A DNA stretch of 62,529 nt from Deltaproteobacteria bacterium (GTDB lineage Bacteria; Desulfobacterota; Dissulfuribacteria; Dissulfuribacterales; UBA3076): NCBI GenBank assembly GCA_003194495.1, contig PQXE01000001.1:79248-141776 (forward strand), written 5' to 3'. Below the pieces are notes generated by a model. It searched no databases, was not told the origin of the DNA, and saw only the letters and a list, made by a program, of their open reading frames with translations. Position numbers and translations under genes: made by a program. This document shows, piece after piece, positions 22,135 to 32,398 of the stretch. Positions within the stretch are counted from its first letter, which is position 1. Each line of letters starts with the position of its first letter.

Positions 22135-23760
22135 TCACTTCTGCCTTTTATTAGAAAAGACTCTCACGTCGGAAATCCGCGCATGAAAGACCTTGACCGC
22201 TTCCTGGACCAGGGATGATCGAATAAGTTCATCCCGTAGGCTATAAGTCTTCCCGGTCCCTCCGGCGTTACCATTGTTTGTAACACGGATTTCTTCTATT
22301 ACGACGTCGATTGCGCGACTAAAAAACTTTTTTGTCAGCTCTCTCAGCCGTTGCTGATGGTCCACTTCGCAGAGCATGTCATACTGCATACCTGACCGGC
22401 ACTTGAGTTGGATCCAATCCCCGTTGTTCTCTGTCTCAACCTCCTCGCAACTGGCCAGTAGCGACCCAAGAACAGGGTGTTGCTCTTTAACAAAATCTAC
22501 AAAATCAGTCCATGTCTCCGGGCTGCATTCTTTGGGCGTCAGGGTAACAGAATCGGTTTCAGGGGCTGCGCTTATCTTTTCCTGAGGTCCTTCAGAAAAA
22601 TTCTCTTTCCCGATTCGTCCTGAAGATAGAAGCTTATCTACTTTTCCCAGGAGGTCATCTATCCCCACGACCTCTTTCATGCTACACAGCCGGATCACCA
22701 GCATTTCAAGAGAGAGCTTGGGAGTGGTACTCCTGTATATTGCCTCCTGCCCCTTCATCAAGGCGTCCAGTACCTGGAAAAGGCTATAGGCGGTATACTT
22801 TGAAATGACCGGAGAAAACTCCTTTACATCTTCCCTGCTCAAGTCCATCAAAGTTACCGCCCTCTCCGGACCAAGGTTTTTCAGCACCACAAGGTTTCTG
22901 AAAAAAAACACCAGGTCTGTAGTGAATTTCTGGATGTTTCCCCCAAAGCCGTAGACATCGTCAATAAGCCTGAGGGCCTTGGCCACATCATTTTCAAGGA
23001 TAGCAACGGCAAGTTCCTTGAGCACTTGGGTCCCCACAACACCCAGGACCTCACAGACCTCTTTCAGTGAAGTCGCGCCATAAGCAGCCACCTGGTCGAG
23101 AAGGCTCAGGCTGTCCCTTACGCTGCCCTCGGCCTCTCTTGCCAACAAGAGCATTGCATCCTGCCGGAGGCCCATGCCCTCTGTCTGGACTATTTTGCAC
23201 AAGTGATCCGCCAACTCCGCAGTACCCAGTCTGCGGAATTCATAATGCTGACACCTTGAATGTATGGTGGCTGGAATTTTCTCCGGTTCAGTGGTTGCAA
23301 ATATAAAGTACACATGGGAGGGGGGCTCCTCCAAGGTCTTTAAAAGGGCGTTAAAAGCCTCCTTGGTCAGCATGTGCACTTCGTCGATAATATAGATCCT
23401 GTGCCTGCAACGAGTTGGAAGAAACTGTATATTTTCCCTCAGTTGACGGATCTCATCAATACCACGGTTAGAAGCCCCGTCTATCTCCTGCACGTCAATA
23501 GAAGATCCGGCGGTTATTTCCCTGCACACTCCACACTTATTACACGGATTAGGGGCCGGACCGGACTCACAATTCACGGCCTTTGCCAGTATCCTGGCCA
23601 CAGAAGTCTTGCCGACCCCTCTTGGCCCGCTGAAGAGCAGAGCATGGGCAAGACAGTCGTTTTTTAACGCATTTTGAAGGGTCTTGGTCACATGTGACTG
23701 ACCAATTACATCTCCAAATGTCTGAGGGCGCCATTTTCTGGCAAGGACTAGATAGGACAT
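22135..23760 (-). CDS. dnaX: DNA polymerase III subunit gamma/tau
   Basis: LARKWRPQTFGDVIGQ, GPRGVGKTS, Cys4 zinc module, IIDEVHMLT, and SRC motif. Confidence 0.95.
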   Translation of the reverse strand: MSYLVLARKWRPQTFGDVIGQSHVTKTLQNALKNDCLAHALLFSGPRGVGKTSVARILAKAVNCESGPAPNPCNKCGVCREITAGSSIDVQEIDGASNRGIDEIRQLRENIQFLPTRCRHRIYIIDEVHMLTKEAFNALLKTLEEPPSHVYFIFATTEPEKIPATIHSRCQHYEFRRLGTAELADHLCKIVQTEGMGLRQDAMLLLAREAEGSVRDSLSLLDQVAAYGATSLKEVCEVLGVVGTQVLKELAVAILENDVAKALRLIDDVYGFGGNIQKFTTDLVFFFRNLVVLKNLGPERAVTLMDLSREDVKEFSPVISKYTAYSLFQVLDALMKGQEAIYRSTTPKLSLEMLVIRLCSMKEVVGIDDLLGKVDKLLSSGRIGKENFSEGPQEKISAAPETDSVTLTPKECSPETWTDFVDFVKEQHPVLGSLLASCEEVETENNGDWIQLKCRSGMQYDMLCEVDHQQRLRELTKKFFSRAIDVVIEEIRVTNNGNAGGTGKTYSLRDELIRSSLVQEAVKVFHARISDVRVFSNKRQK

Positions 23761-23792
23761 GAATTAAGCTGAGTTGCTCTCTGAAAAAAAAT

Positions 23793-23894
23793 GATAGCCA
23801 GGCACCCCTGCGACACACGAAGGGCCCTACTGCCGTTGCTTCCTTCCGGACCTGGCGGGATTCGCAGGGTTTCGTTGCGCAGGACCCGGCTATC
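23793..23894 (-). ncRNA. ffs: signal recognition particle RNA (4.5S-type)
   Basis: The minus strand contains CCAGGUCCGGAAGGAAGCAACGGCAG, the domain IV motif. The closing helix is GATAGCCGGGTCCTGCG/CGCAGGGGTGCCTGGCTATC, followed by a U-run. It lies upstream of dnaX, as in many bacteria. Confidence 0.8.
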
Positions 23895-23917
23895 AAACTG
23901 TTGTATTCTTAAAATAT

Positions 23918-24013
<96 letters not shown>

Positions 24014-24128
24014 ATATCATCCCAACCATGGCTCCTCATAGCTGAACCGACATATCTATACTATTATGGAGCTTTGCAAGTCAATATTTGAATTATGCCT
24101 ATTTAAATCACCAAATCACTAAATTCCC

Positions 24129-24222
24129 TGGCGGAGAGGGTGGGATTCGAACCCACGTTACGCCTTTTGGGCGTATAGACGATTTCGAGTCGCCCCCGTT
24201 ATGACCACTTCGGTACCTCTCC
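24129..24222 (-). tRNA. tRNA-Ser (anticodon CGA)
   Basis: GGAGAGG acceptor stem, long variable arm, GGTTCGAATCC T-loop, encoded CCA, and anticodon loop CUCGAAA. Confidence 0.88.
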
Positions 24223-24294
24223 GAAATAAGCGCCTTAAGTGAACTAAAGTTTTAAGTGTCTAAAGTTAAGGTATCGCTTCGCTCCATCTATTTG

Positions 24295-24413
24295 GTGCCT
24301 GAACGGAAAGGCTATTCAGACACAATTTTGAATTAAAAAAGGATATAATCTTAATATGTTAATGGTCCCCGACCTAAATTGAAAAAACAAAATTTGAGGT
24401 TTCCGTTCAGGCA
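24295..24413. repeat. 119-bp segment bounded by perfect 15-bp inverted repeats
   Basis: GTGCCTGAACGGAAA (24295-24309) and TTTCCGTTCAGGCAC (24399-24413). It abuts the tadA stop codon. Confidence 0.6.
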
Positions 24414-24869
24414 CTACTTGCGCTTTTTCTGAAAAAAGGCTTGGATCAGCGATCTGCACTCCTTTGCGAGTATGCCTTGGCTCACCTCCATGTGGTGGTT
24501 CAACCTTGAGTCTTGAACAATATTATAAAGCGTACCACACGCACCAGCCTTAGGATCCTGGGCACCGTAAACCAGCCGCTTTATCCTGGCAAGGACCATG
24601 GCCCCGGCACACATGAAACATGGTTCTATTGTAACATACAGAGTGGTGCCGGTCAGCCTGTAGCTGCCGACTTTTTTTGCACCTTGTCTCAAGACCAGAA
24701 TCTCGGCATGCGCCGTAGGATCGCACTGTTTCACGGGCATATTGCCAGCCTTGGCCAGTATTTTGCCCCTTTCATCAACAAGCACTGCGCCCACAGGTAC
24801 TTCACCCTGCCTAGCTGCCACCCTAGCCTGCTCAAGGGCCAATTCCATGTATTTCACATCATCAGGCAT
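24414..24869 (-). CDS. tadA: tRNA adenosine(34) deaminase
   Basis: HAEILVLR and PCFMCAGA zinc-binding deaminase motifs; 151 aa. Confidence 0.9.
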   Translation of the reverse strand: MPDDVKYMELALEQARVAARQGEVPVGAVLVDERGKILAKAGNMPVKQCDPTAHAEILVLRQGAKKVGSYRLTGTTLYVTIEPCFMCAGAMVLARIKRLVYGAQDPKAGACGTLYNIVQDSRLNHHMEVSQGILAKECRSLIQAFFQKKRK

Positions 24870-25006
24870 AACAGTGAATGGCTAAGCCTCCGTAGAAGGT
24901 TAACCGCATACTACACGACAGAAAAAAACAGGGGGCATGGGCTCAAACTGAAACAGCAATTGAAACTTCAAATTTCTTTATTGGGTCTTGATTTTTGCCC
25001 AGGAAT

Positions 25007-25684
25007 TTAAGTGTTTGCCTCCGGCAACAAGGGTTCCGGTTCCACAAGCTCAAATCCGGCATCAGCAAGAATAGAATGGACTGCGCTTATGTTATAAGTC
25101 TGAACTCTGATATAAACTATTCCAGGGCTTTTTTCATCTTCGGTCATCTTGGTCCTGCTAAGTCTTGTAAGAGGAATTCCTTTCTGCTCAAGGATATTGA
25201 CTATCCTTGCCAGGACATCAGGCTCTCCATCGTCTTTTATGGTAATAAGTGAACCGCCCTTTTCTGCCAGTCCGAATATTCTACTGTATGCTCTCATCAA
25301 GTCCCGCACGGAGAAAATCCCAACGACCACACCCTTTTCGTCCAATACAGGGATTGCCCCAACCCTTTTTTTTTCCAGGAGCAGGAGCGCATCATCTATG
25401 GTTGAATAAGGAAAGAGATTTACGAGATCAGTGCTCATGATCTCGCTGACCGGGGTCTTGGACACCTGTTCCAACTCGTGTCTCCGATCTTCCCCGGACA
25501 ATACGGATGACGGGTAAGCAGATCTTATATCCCTGTCTGTCACCATTCCCACAAGGCGCCAGTCTTTGTCTATTACCGGCAAGTGACGAAAACGGTTAGA
25601 GCGCAGGATTTCACGGGCCTCGGAAATCAGGATATCCTGTTCCACAGTCAATGGGGCAGGAGTCATATGACGTGATATGTACAT
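25007..25684 (-). CDS. CBS-pair plus ACT domain protein (AcuB-like)
   Basis: Two CBS repeats (HLPVIDKDWRLVGMVTDRDI and AIPVLDEKGVVVGIFSVRDL) with a C-terminal ACT-like fold. Confidence 0.8.
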   Translation of the reverse strand: MYISRHMTPAPLTVEQDILISEAREILRSNRFRHLPVIDKDWRLVGMVTDRDIRSAYPSSVLSGEDRRHELEQVSKTPVSEIMSTDLVNLFPYSTIDDALLLLEKKRVGAIPVLDEKGVVVGIFSVRDLMRAYSRIFGLAEKGGSLITIKDDGEPDVLARIVNILEQKGIPLTRLSRTKMTEDEKSPGIVYIRVQTYNISAVHSILADAGFELVEPEPLLPEANT

Positions 25685-25696
25685 TCTAAGCTCCTT

Positions 25697-26674
25697 TCAA
25701 TCTATACAAACGGAAAGACCGGCGAGATAGGCTTCCACACTGGCCGGTAAAGCCTCAAGATGATAACCGCCTTCTAAAATGGACAAAACTTTTCCTTTAC
25801 AATATCGTTCCGCCCAGAAAGCCATGAAGGTGCCAAGGTAACCATAGAGTTTAGTCGTATATGCAAGGCCTGACATATCGTCCATTACATGGGCATCAAA
25901 GCCGGCAGCTACAATAATGGCTTCCGGCCTGAACTCTTTGACAGTTTCTCCTACACGCCCCTTCAAGGCCTTAAGGATTGCCTCATCTCCTGAACCCGGA
26001 GGCAAAGGAATGTTCAAGGTTGCCCCCTCACCTGCCCCGGTTCCTGTTTCGTTTGAATAACCAGTCCCGGGGAAACTAAACGTAGGGTGCTCGTGGATAC
26101 TGATGTAAAATACATCGGGATCATATTCAAAGACTTCCTGTATGCCGTTTCCATGATGGGCATCCCAGTCAATAACAAGGATTCTCTCTTTACCGTAAAC
26201 ATCTTTCCAGTACCTGGCGGCAATAGCTACGTTGTTAAGAAAACAGAACCCGAGCGCTTGCGCTGTCTCTGCATGGTGTCCAGGAGGCCGACAGCAACAA
26301 AACACGAACTCCGACTCACCATTTTCAATAATATCTATTCCGCTGAGACATCCTCCTGCAGCCAGAAGTGCTATTTCATAGGAATCATATCCGAGACGGT
26401 TGTCCGGATGTCCAAAAAACTCGCGACCGGAAACACAGGTCCCTTCAAAGCTGGAGAGATAGTCCTCGTCATGGACAGCCAGCACCCTATTCATCTCAGC
26501 CTTTCTTGGGGTTATCTTTTTTAAATGTGGTGCCAAAGGACTGGACTCAAGACGTTTGAGTATAGCTTCCAGCCGAGCAGGAATCTCAGGATGAAGGGAA
26601 TTTGCCGTATCGTGATCAAGATATCTTGGATCTGTTACTAAGGCAATTGTACGAAAACGTGACACCTTGTCCAC
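25697..26674 (-). CDS. histone deacetylase-family amidohydrolase (AcuC-like)
   Basis: RPPGHHA, DWDAHHGNG and EGGY motifs. Confidence 0.87.
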   Translation of the reverse strand: MDKVSRFRTIALVTDPRYLDHDTANSLHPEIPARLEAILKRLESSPLAPHLKKITPRKAEMNRVLAVHDEDYLSSFEGTCVSGREFFGHPDNRLGYDSYEIALLAAGGCLSGIDIIENGESEFVFCCCRPPGHHAETAQALGFCFLNNVAIAARYWKDVYGKERILVIDWDAHHGNGIQEVFEYDPDVFYISIHEHPTFSFPGTGYSNETGTGAGEGATLNIPLPPGSGDEAILKALKGRVGETVKEFRPEAIIVAAGFDAHVMDDMSGLAYTTKLYGYLGTFMAFWAERYCKGKVLSILEGGYHLEALPASVEAYLAGLSVCID

Positions 26675-26823
26675 CTTTTATCATTCTATTTACAGATACT
26701 TAACGGAGCGTTGAAATTGGAAAATAGAAATTGGAAATTTGGCTTTCATGCTTTTGTATTGTTTCAGAGCGTTCTGTATCTGCAATTTGCCATATCGGTT
26801 TTGGAGTAAAATTGATTCTGTAA

Positions 26824-27260
26824 TCACGGTTTGATCAAATAGTTGATAGCCTCCAGCCAAACACGCCTGAAATCTCTATGGTTAAACGTTAAAATTTGAT
26901 CTACACCAGCTTTTTGTGCAGATTTTGCGATTAGTGCATCATAAATGCCTCCGCCTCGCAATCCCAAGGTAGTCATTTTGCTAATCACTGAAATGTAGTC
27001 AGCTTGAGAGAGAGAGATACAATTTTAGCTTGAGATTCTATATTTTCCAATATTAAATACTTGGCCGTTGCGGGTGAAATTTTTGGACTCAGTGGAAGCG
27101 TAGTCAAAACAGCATAGAGTTCTGCCAGTGTATGGCAGGCTACATGAAAATCAAGCTCCTGTGCCTTTGCACGCTTGAGCCATGGCAAAGCGCGGCTATG
27201 CATAGGGTGAGGCTCAACTATAGCGGCGATGAGAACAGAAGTATCAAAAGGGGTTTTCAC
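26824..27260 (-). pseudogene. vapC: PIN-domain toxin VapC, frameshifted
   Basis: The N-terminal part (FDTSVLIAAIVE...) ends at 26985. The C-terminal part (DYISVISKMTTLGLRGGGIYDALIAKSAQKAGVDQILTFNHRDF) continues in another frame to 26824. The shift maps to a (GA)6 tract at 27006-27017. Confidence 0.7.
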
Positions 27261-27520
27261 TATGACTCCCAGGCAGCACTTTTTCTCAGACGTGCTTGAC
27301 GATGACTTTCTACTGCCCAGGTAATATCTTCAGACAATGAGCCTGAAAAAACTAAAACCCCATCTTTATTTACTATGTGCGATTTTTTATCTACAAGTTT
27401 CAGACATATCTCTTGATCTGATTCCTGTATTTGGAATATGGTTCCAGGCTTTAGCCCAAGATCATTACGCACTTTTTTGGGAATGAGGATTCTTCCCAAT
27501 TTATCCAGTGCTATTTCCAT
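27260..27520 (-). CDS. vapB: AbrB/SpoVT-type antitoxin (VapB-like)
   Basis: MEIALDKLGRILIPKKVRNDLGLKPGTIFQI is a SpoVT-AbrB swapped-hairpin motif. It overlaps the vapC start by 1 nt. Confidence 0.7.
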   Translation of the reverse strand: MEIALDKLGRILIPKKVRNDLGLKPGTIFQIQESDQEICLKLVDKKSHIVNKDGVLVFSGSLSEDITWAVESHRQARLRKSAAWES

Positions 27521-27671
27521 AACAATTTCCTCTTTTGGTAAAAGTATAAACCAATTACCACAAATTAATGCCAATTATTTAACAAAGCAACTCTTATCAT
27601 TAGTATGACAGAATATTATGTGACAAGCTTGATTTAATAAATTACCCATAATCGTTACGAGGATTCTCAAA

Positions 27672-28322
27672 ATGACACCAATCTTGACATTCATCGGCCG
27701 GCACAATTCCGGTAAAACCACTGTAATCAGAGAAGTAGTACGAAGACTGCGCGACAGGGGATATAAAATAGCTGTGATTAAATCAACCAAGCATAGAGGG
27801 CTAAATCTTGATTCCCCTGGTTCGGACTCTTATTTATATGGAAAAGATGGCATAGAATCCGTAGCCTTAATATGTCCTGATGAGCTGATCCTGTTTCAAA
27901 ACAATACCGTAGAGAATCTGAAACACCTGGCCTTTCGACTTTTTCCTGATGCGGATATGGTGATTGGCGAAGGATTCAAGCACGCATCAGGGATACCGAA
28001 GATTGAGGTCACCAGGGCTGACGCGTCTAAAGAACCACTTCGCGAGTCGGTTTCCGATGTAAGGGCTGTGGTGTCAGATTATGAGATATCATTTGATAAG
28101 GTTTTTAAAACCAGCCGGATTGCAGAACTCACAGATTTTATAGAAAACAGCTTTTTGAACGATAAGAAAGATGATGTGTGCCTATTCGTAGATAGTCGTG
28201 AGATCTCTTTAAATAACTTTGTCCGCAACTCACTAAAGGGTATCATCTTCGGCTTTATTAACTGCCTGAAATTTATCCAAGGTGCACAAAAACTGGAGAT
28301 CCGCATAAAAGGGCCTGGCTAA
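27672..28322 (+). CDS. mobB: molybdopterin-guanine dinucleotide biosynthesis adaptor MobB with C-terminal extension
   Basis: FIGRHNSGKTT P-loop and a KST(K)H motif. About 60 extra C-terminal residues. Confidence 0.78.
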   Translation: MTPILTFIGRHNSGKTTVIREVVRRLRDRGYKIAVIKSTKHRGLNLDSPGSDSYLYGKDGIESVALICPDELILFQNNTVENLKHLAFRLFPDADMVIGEGFKHASGIPKIEVTRADASKEPLRESVSDVRAVVSDYEISFDKVFKTSRIAELTDFIENSFLNDKKDDVCLFVDSREISLNNFVRNSLKGIIFGFINCLKFIQGAQKLEIRIKGPG

Positions 28323-28399
28323 AAACCGAATTTGATTTTGCTTAAAAAGCCCAATCTGATGCACAATAAATTTTGAATGTTGAATTAAAGTAAAGGTAT

Positions 28400-29242
28400 A
28401 TGTCTTTAAAATTTTCTTCCACAATTCAGCATTCAAAACTCAGCATTGTCTGTAAAAGGGTGCATAAGATGCAGGACAACGGATGGCATCGACAACCAAA
28501 CAGGAATATGGAGCCCCTGACAATTCGACCTTTTTCAGATTTGGGGCGACTGATCTCAAAGGCGAAAAGGCACGCTCTTTTGAAAAAGGAGAGCTCTTCA
28601 GTCAATAACAGACATTCGAAATATCCGGAGAAGGAAACCCCATTGCCGGAGCTGACTCATGAATATCAAGAAACAAAACTTTTCCTCCAGGCCACAACAG
28701 ACGTAAAACCGCTGGATTCGACCAAAATCAAAGAGGCTTCAAATCCATCCCCAAAGAAATCCGCCCTTATGCATGAGGATGAACAAACCTTGATATTCAA
28801 GGAGCTTAAGGCCCTTGTTGATGGCAAAAAACCTTTGCCGGTTCATCACACTCCTGAATATGTGGAATGGACCTGGACCGGTGATAATCCTGAACTTACG
28901 AGCAGACTTCACAAGGGGGGCTTTGCAGTTCAGGCCTATTGTGAATTGCATGGCATGGACTCAGTCGCGGCTCTTTCAGCATGTGAGGATTTTTTTGCTC
29001 AGGCCCTTTTAGAAAACAAGAGATGCGTTGCCTTTGTTCACGGAAGGGGACTATCATCCCCAAGGGAACCTGTCCTAAAGGGAGTCGTGATAAAATGGCT
29101 CACCAACGGGCCTTACAGACGCTTTATTCTGTCCTTTAGCAGTGCGCCCATCTGGGATGGCGGTGCAGGCGTTACCTATGTGCTTCTGAGGAGGCGTCCG
29201 GCAAAGCGCGGACGCAAAAAAACAGGCAGGAAGGTATGGTGA
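28400..29242 (+). CDS. Smr domain-containing protein
   Basis: The C-terminal CELHGMDSVAALSACEDFF...VAFVHGRGLSS...LKGVVIKWL is an Smr fold. The start is uncertain; 28469 is also possible. Confidence 0.78.
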   Translation: MSLKFSSTIQHSKLSIVCKRVHKMQDNGWHRQPNRNMEPLTIRPFSDLGRLISKAKRHALLKKESSSVNNRHSKYPEKETPLPELTHEYQETKLFLQATTDVKPLDSTKIKEASNPSPKKSALMHEDEQTLIFKELKALVDGKKPLPVHHTPEYVEWTWTGDNPELTSRLHKGGFAVQAYCELHGMDSVAALSACEDFFAQALLENKRCVAFVHGRGLSSPREPVLKGVVIKWLTNGPYRRFILSFSSAPIWDGGAGVTYVLLRRRPAKRGRKKTGRKVW

Positions 29243-29871
29243 TGTCTCGTAGGCAAAACCCACACGGATTCTTTGTTGTGGTGGAGGGTATTGACGGCAC
29301 AGGTAAGACCACGCTGGCCCGCAATATATATCTCCGCCTTAAAAACAAAGGATTTCCTGCCATCTTCACCTTTGAGCCCACAGACGGTTCCTGGGGAAAG
29401 AAGTTGCGCCGGAGTTTTTCCGCACCCGGTCGGCTGACACCGCAGGAAGAGTTGGAACTCTTCCTCAAAGACAGAAAAGAGCATGTGGAAAAGATTATCC
29501 GTCCGTCTCTCGAACAGGAAAAAATCGTTGTCTGTGACCGCTACTACTTTTCTACAATGGCATATCAGGGGGCCAGGGGTCTTGATCCTGAAGCAATTAG
29601 AAAAATAAATGAGACATTTGCGCCGATTCCTGACCTTGTACTTCTGCTGGAACTTGATCCGGAAGCGGCAATTAAGCGGATAAAGGAAAGCCGCAGCGAA
29701 GTACCTGACAATTTTGAACAGCTTGAATATCTGAAAAAGGTGGCCGGTATTTTCAAGGGCATCTCCGCCTCCTTTGTAGCACGTATTGATGCCGCCCTTC
29801 CACCGGAGAAATTACTGAACTCAGCGTGGGACAGGATGTCAGGTTTGAAATTAGAAATTTGGGAAAGATGA
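29236..29871 (+). CDS. tmk: thymidylate kinase
   Basis: FFVVVEGIDGTGKTT P-loop and DRYYFST motif. Confidence 0.92.
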   Translation: MVMSRRQNPHGFFVVVEGIDGTGKTTLARNIYLRLKNKGFPAIFTFEPTDGSWGKKLRRSFSAPGRLTPQEELELFLKDRKEHVEKIIRPSLEQEKIVVCDRYYFSTMAYQGARGLDPEAIRKINETFAPIPDLVLLLELDPEAAIKRIKESRSEVPDNFEQLEYLKKVAGIFKGISASFVARIDAALPPEKLLNSAWDRMSGLKLEIWER

Positions 29872-29890
29872 AACAAAGAGTAAACTACTT

Positions 29891-32398
29891 TTGACTTGTC
29901 GTGAAGGATGTCACGCACAACAAGTGTCTCCCAGTCCTTTAGCCCTGCTGCTTTTCCCTTTCGGGCTCGGAATTGCTGCCGCCCACACCAGGTATCCGGA
30001 GTTGTCCGGCTGTTTTCTGTGCATCATTGGCGCATTCGGATCCGGATTGCTCCTATTTGGTGTATGCTCAAAGGGTGCATCCAAGAGGATTTTAAGAGTC
30101 TTTTTACCTTGGATCGGGGCAGCCCTGGTACTTTTTGCCATGGGGTTTTGGCATCTGGATTTGTCCTGCAGGTCCATGGAAGACAGATCTCAGGATCTCC
30201 TCGGCCTTGCAAACGCACCGGGAAAACACATAATTACCGGCCAAGTGATACGTGCCCCACTCCCTGCAAATGATGGAGTGAGGCTCTTGGTGGCTGCTTA
30301 TGAAAGTCATACCCCCTCAGGCGATCTTTCCGTCTCGGGCATCATAAGCCTCTCTGTGCTGGGAATACGTGCCCGGGACGTCTCTCCGGGAGACTGGATA
30401 CGTTTTGCCGCAAGCCTTCGCCCTGTAAGAAACTTCAAGACGCCGGGGGCCTTTGATCAGGAGAACTGGTGGGCCATAAGGGGGGTGATGGTAAAGGGTT
30501 TTGTAAATCATCCCCTCAGGTTTTCCCAGGTTGGGCACAGCCAAAGTTCAAGTGACATGTCTTTGCCCCGGTACTGGCTGGAATCAGGACGAAGAGCAAT
30601 CATGCTGGGCATAGACCGCAGTCTTGAAGGATCTGCCAGGGGTATTGCCATGGCCCTGTTACTTGGCGAGAGGGCATGGTTGTCCAACAATTTCAAGGAG
30701 GCGTTTGCCAGGGCAGGAATCGGCCACCTACTGGCTGTATCAGGCATACACATGGCCCTGGCCGCCCTGTTAATCGGCGGCCTTGCAAGGGCCTTACTTC
30801 TCTGGTCGGAGTGGATTACCCTCAGGTTCCCTGTGAAAAAACTTGCCACATCCCTGGCACTGATAGGGGCGGTGACTTATGCGGGTCTGGCCGGTTTTTC
30901 GCCTTCCGCCGTGCGGGCAATGGTAATGATCCTTGCATTCGGTACGGCCTTTCTGATTGACAGGCCGCAGACGCCTCTTAATTCTCTCGCCTTGGCGGCA
31001 TGGGCTTTGCTCATCTTCAATCCCCTGTACCTTTTTGGCATATCTTTTCAGCTCTCCTTCACAGCAGTCTTTTTTCTGATCATATTTTCTTTATACCTGA
31101 GATCAGTGCCAAAGGAGAAAAAACAGGATGGTCAAAAGACTTTTTGGATCTATATAAGAGGCTTTATCCTGGTAACCCTGATTGCAACACTTGCTACAAC
31201 ACCTTTTGTGGCATGGCACTTTCAGCGGGTATGCTTCGTTGGATTACTGACCAACCTTTTGGTAGTGCCGATGACAAGTTTTGTCATTCTCCCCGGTTTG
31301 TTGTGTGGAACAATCCTGCTGCCCTTCTTTCCGGAATTGACATCAGGTCTATGGCAAGGGGTGGGCCGGCTTCTGGATTATCTGGTTATTTTCATAAATT
31401 TTGTTTCAGCATGGAGCTGGTCTGCTGTATGGGTCCCAAGGCCAAGTGTTTTGCAGGTATCTCTGTTCTATCTCTTTATGGGATCTCTCGCCCTGATGAA
31501 ACAATGGAAGATTTCCAGGGCCTTGGCCGTAATGTTCTTTGCTCTCCTTTTGTCAGCTTCTGCATACAGGGAGTGGGGCCTTTCCCATCAGGAAAGCCTG
31601 AAACTTCACGTACTGGATATCGGCCAGGGGACATCACAGGTAGTGGAGCTTCCGGAAGGCAAACTCATGGTAATGGATGGTGGAGGTCTGAGAAGCCCGT
31701 ATTTTGATGTAGGAGCAAGGATAGTTGCGCCGTTTATCAGACACCTTGGCTACAGAAAAATAGACGTTATTGTATTGTCACACCCTGAGCAGGATCACAT
31801 GGGCGGCCTTGCCGCCCTTGTGAGACAGTTTCCCGTGGGAGAGCTCTGGACCAATGAAGATATTTCAGAAAACCTTTCCTGGAAACAACTACTTGAGGCC
31901 TGCGCTCAGCGCGGGGTCAGGCACAGGGTGTGGCGAAAAGGCGGGACCGAGTATATGGGAGACGTTATGGTAAAGGTCTGGCCTTCCACAGGGTGCGAGG
32001 GCGCCCGCGGCAAAAATGGCAGGTCCCTGGTAGTTGAATTGGACTATGGAAAGCGTTCGATACTCCTTACAGGGGATATAGGCAGGACCCGGGAGCAATG
32101 CCTGTTGAAACAGGGAATTGGACCTATGGATGTATTAGTGGTGCCACATCACGGCAGCAAAACATCCAGCAGCAGTGAATTTGTTGGGCAAGTTCAGCCT
32201 GAAATAGCGATTGTGCCCGTTGGGTGGAGGAACAGTCTGAAACTTCCAAACCCTCAGGTTCTGGGAAGATACAGGAATGCCGGAAGTAATCTCCTGAGGA
32301 CTGATCTGGACGGGACAGTGTATGTGGAAACAAATGGTGATGAGATTTCGGTTGATACTTACCTGAGTCAAGTTGAGCGTTTAGCTGTTAGCCATTAG
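29891..32398 (+). CDS. comEC: DNA internalization competence protein ComEC/Rec2
   Basis: Multi-TM competence domain (GIGHLLAVSGIHM) plus a C-terminal metallo-beta-lactamase domain (HPEQDHMGG, VVPHHGS). The TTG start at 29891 lies inside a repeat fragment, so GTG at 29924 is an alternative. Confidence 0.9.
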   Translation: MTCREGCHAQQVSPSPLALLLFPFGLGIAAAHTRYPELSGCFLCIIGAFGSGLLLFGVCSKGASKRILRVFLPWIGAALVLFAMGFWHLDLSCRSMEDRSQDLLGLANAPGKHIITGQVIRAPLPANDGVRLLVAAYESHTPSGDLSVSGIISLSVLGIRARDVSPGDWIRFAASLRPVRNFKTPGAFDQENWWAIRGVMVKGFVNHPLRFSQVGHSQSSSDMSLPRYWLESGRRAIMLGIDRSLEGSARGIAMALLLGERAWLSNNFKEAFARAGIGHLLAVSGIHMALAALLIGGLARALLLWSEWITLRFPVKKLATSLALIGAVTYAGLAGFSPSAVRAMVMILAFGTAFLIDRPQTPLNSLALAAWALLIFNPLYLFGISFQLSFTAVFFLIIFSLYLRSVPKEKKQDGQKTFWIYIRGFILVTLIATLATTPFVAWHFQRVCFVGLLTNLLVVPMTSFVILPGLLCGTILLPFFPELTSGLWQGVGRLLDYLVIFINFVSAWSWSAVWVPRPSVLQVSLFYLFMGSLALMKQWKISRALAVMFFALLLSASAYREWGLSHQESLKLHVLDIGQGTSQVVELPEGKLMVMDGGGLRSPYFDVGARIVAPFIRHLGYRKIDVIVLSHPEQDHMGGLAALVRQFPVGELWTNEDISENLSWKQLLEACAQRGVRHRVWRKGGTEYMGDVMVKVWPSTGCEGARGKNGRSLVVELDYGKRSILLTGDIGRTREQCLLKQGIGPMDVLVVPHHGSKTSSSSEFVGQVQPEIAIVPVGWRNSLKLPNPQVLGRYRNAGSNLLRTDLDGTVYVETNGDEISVDTYLSQVERLAVSH

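Noticed and set aside
29908-32371. Alternative-frame and antisense ORFs within comEC, including a 235-aa ORF at 31000-31707.
   Set aside because: They lie entirely inside the ComEC reading frame, which has clear competence and metallo-beta-lactamase motifs. The alternative translations have no motifs and are Arg/Gly/Pro-biased.
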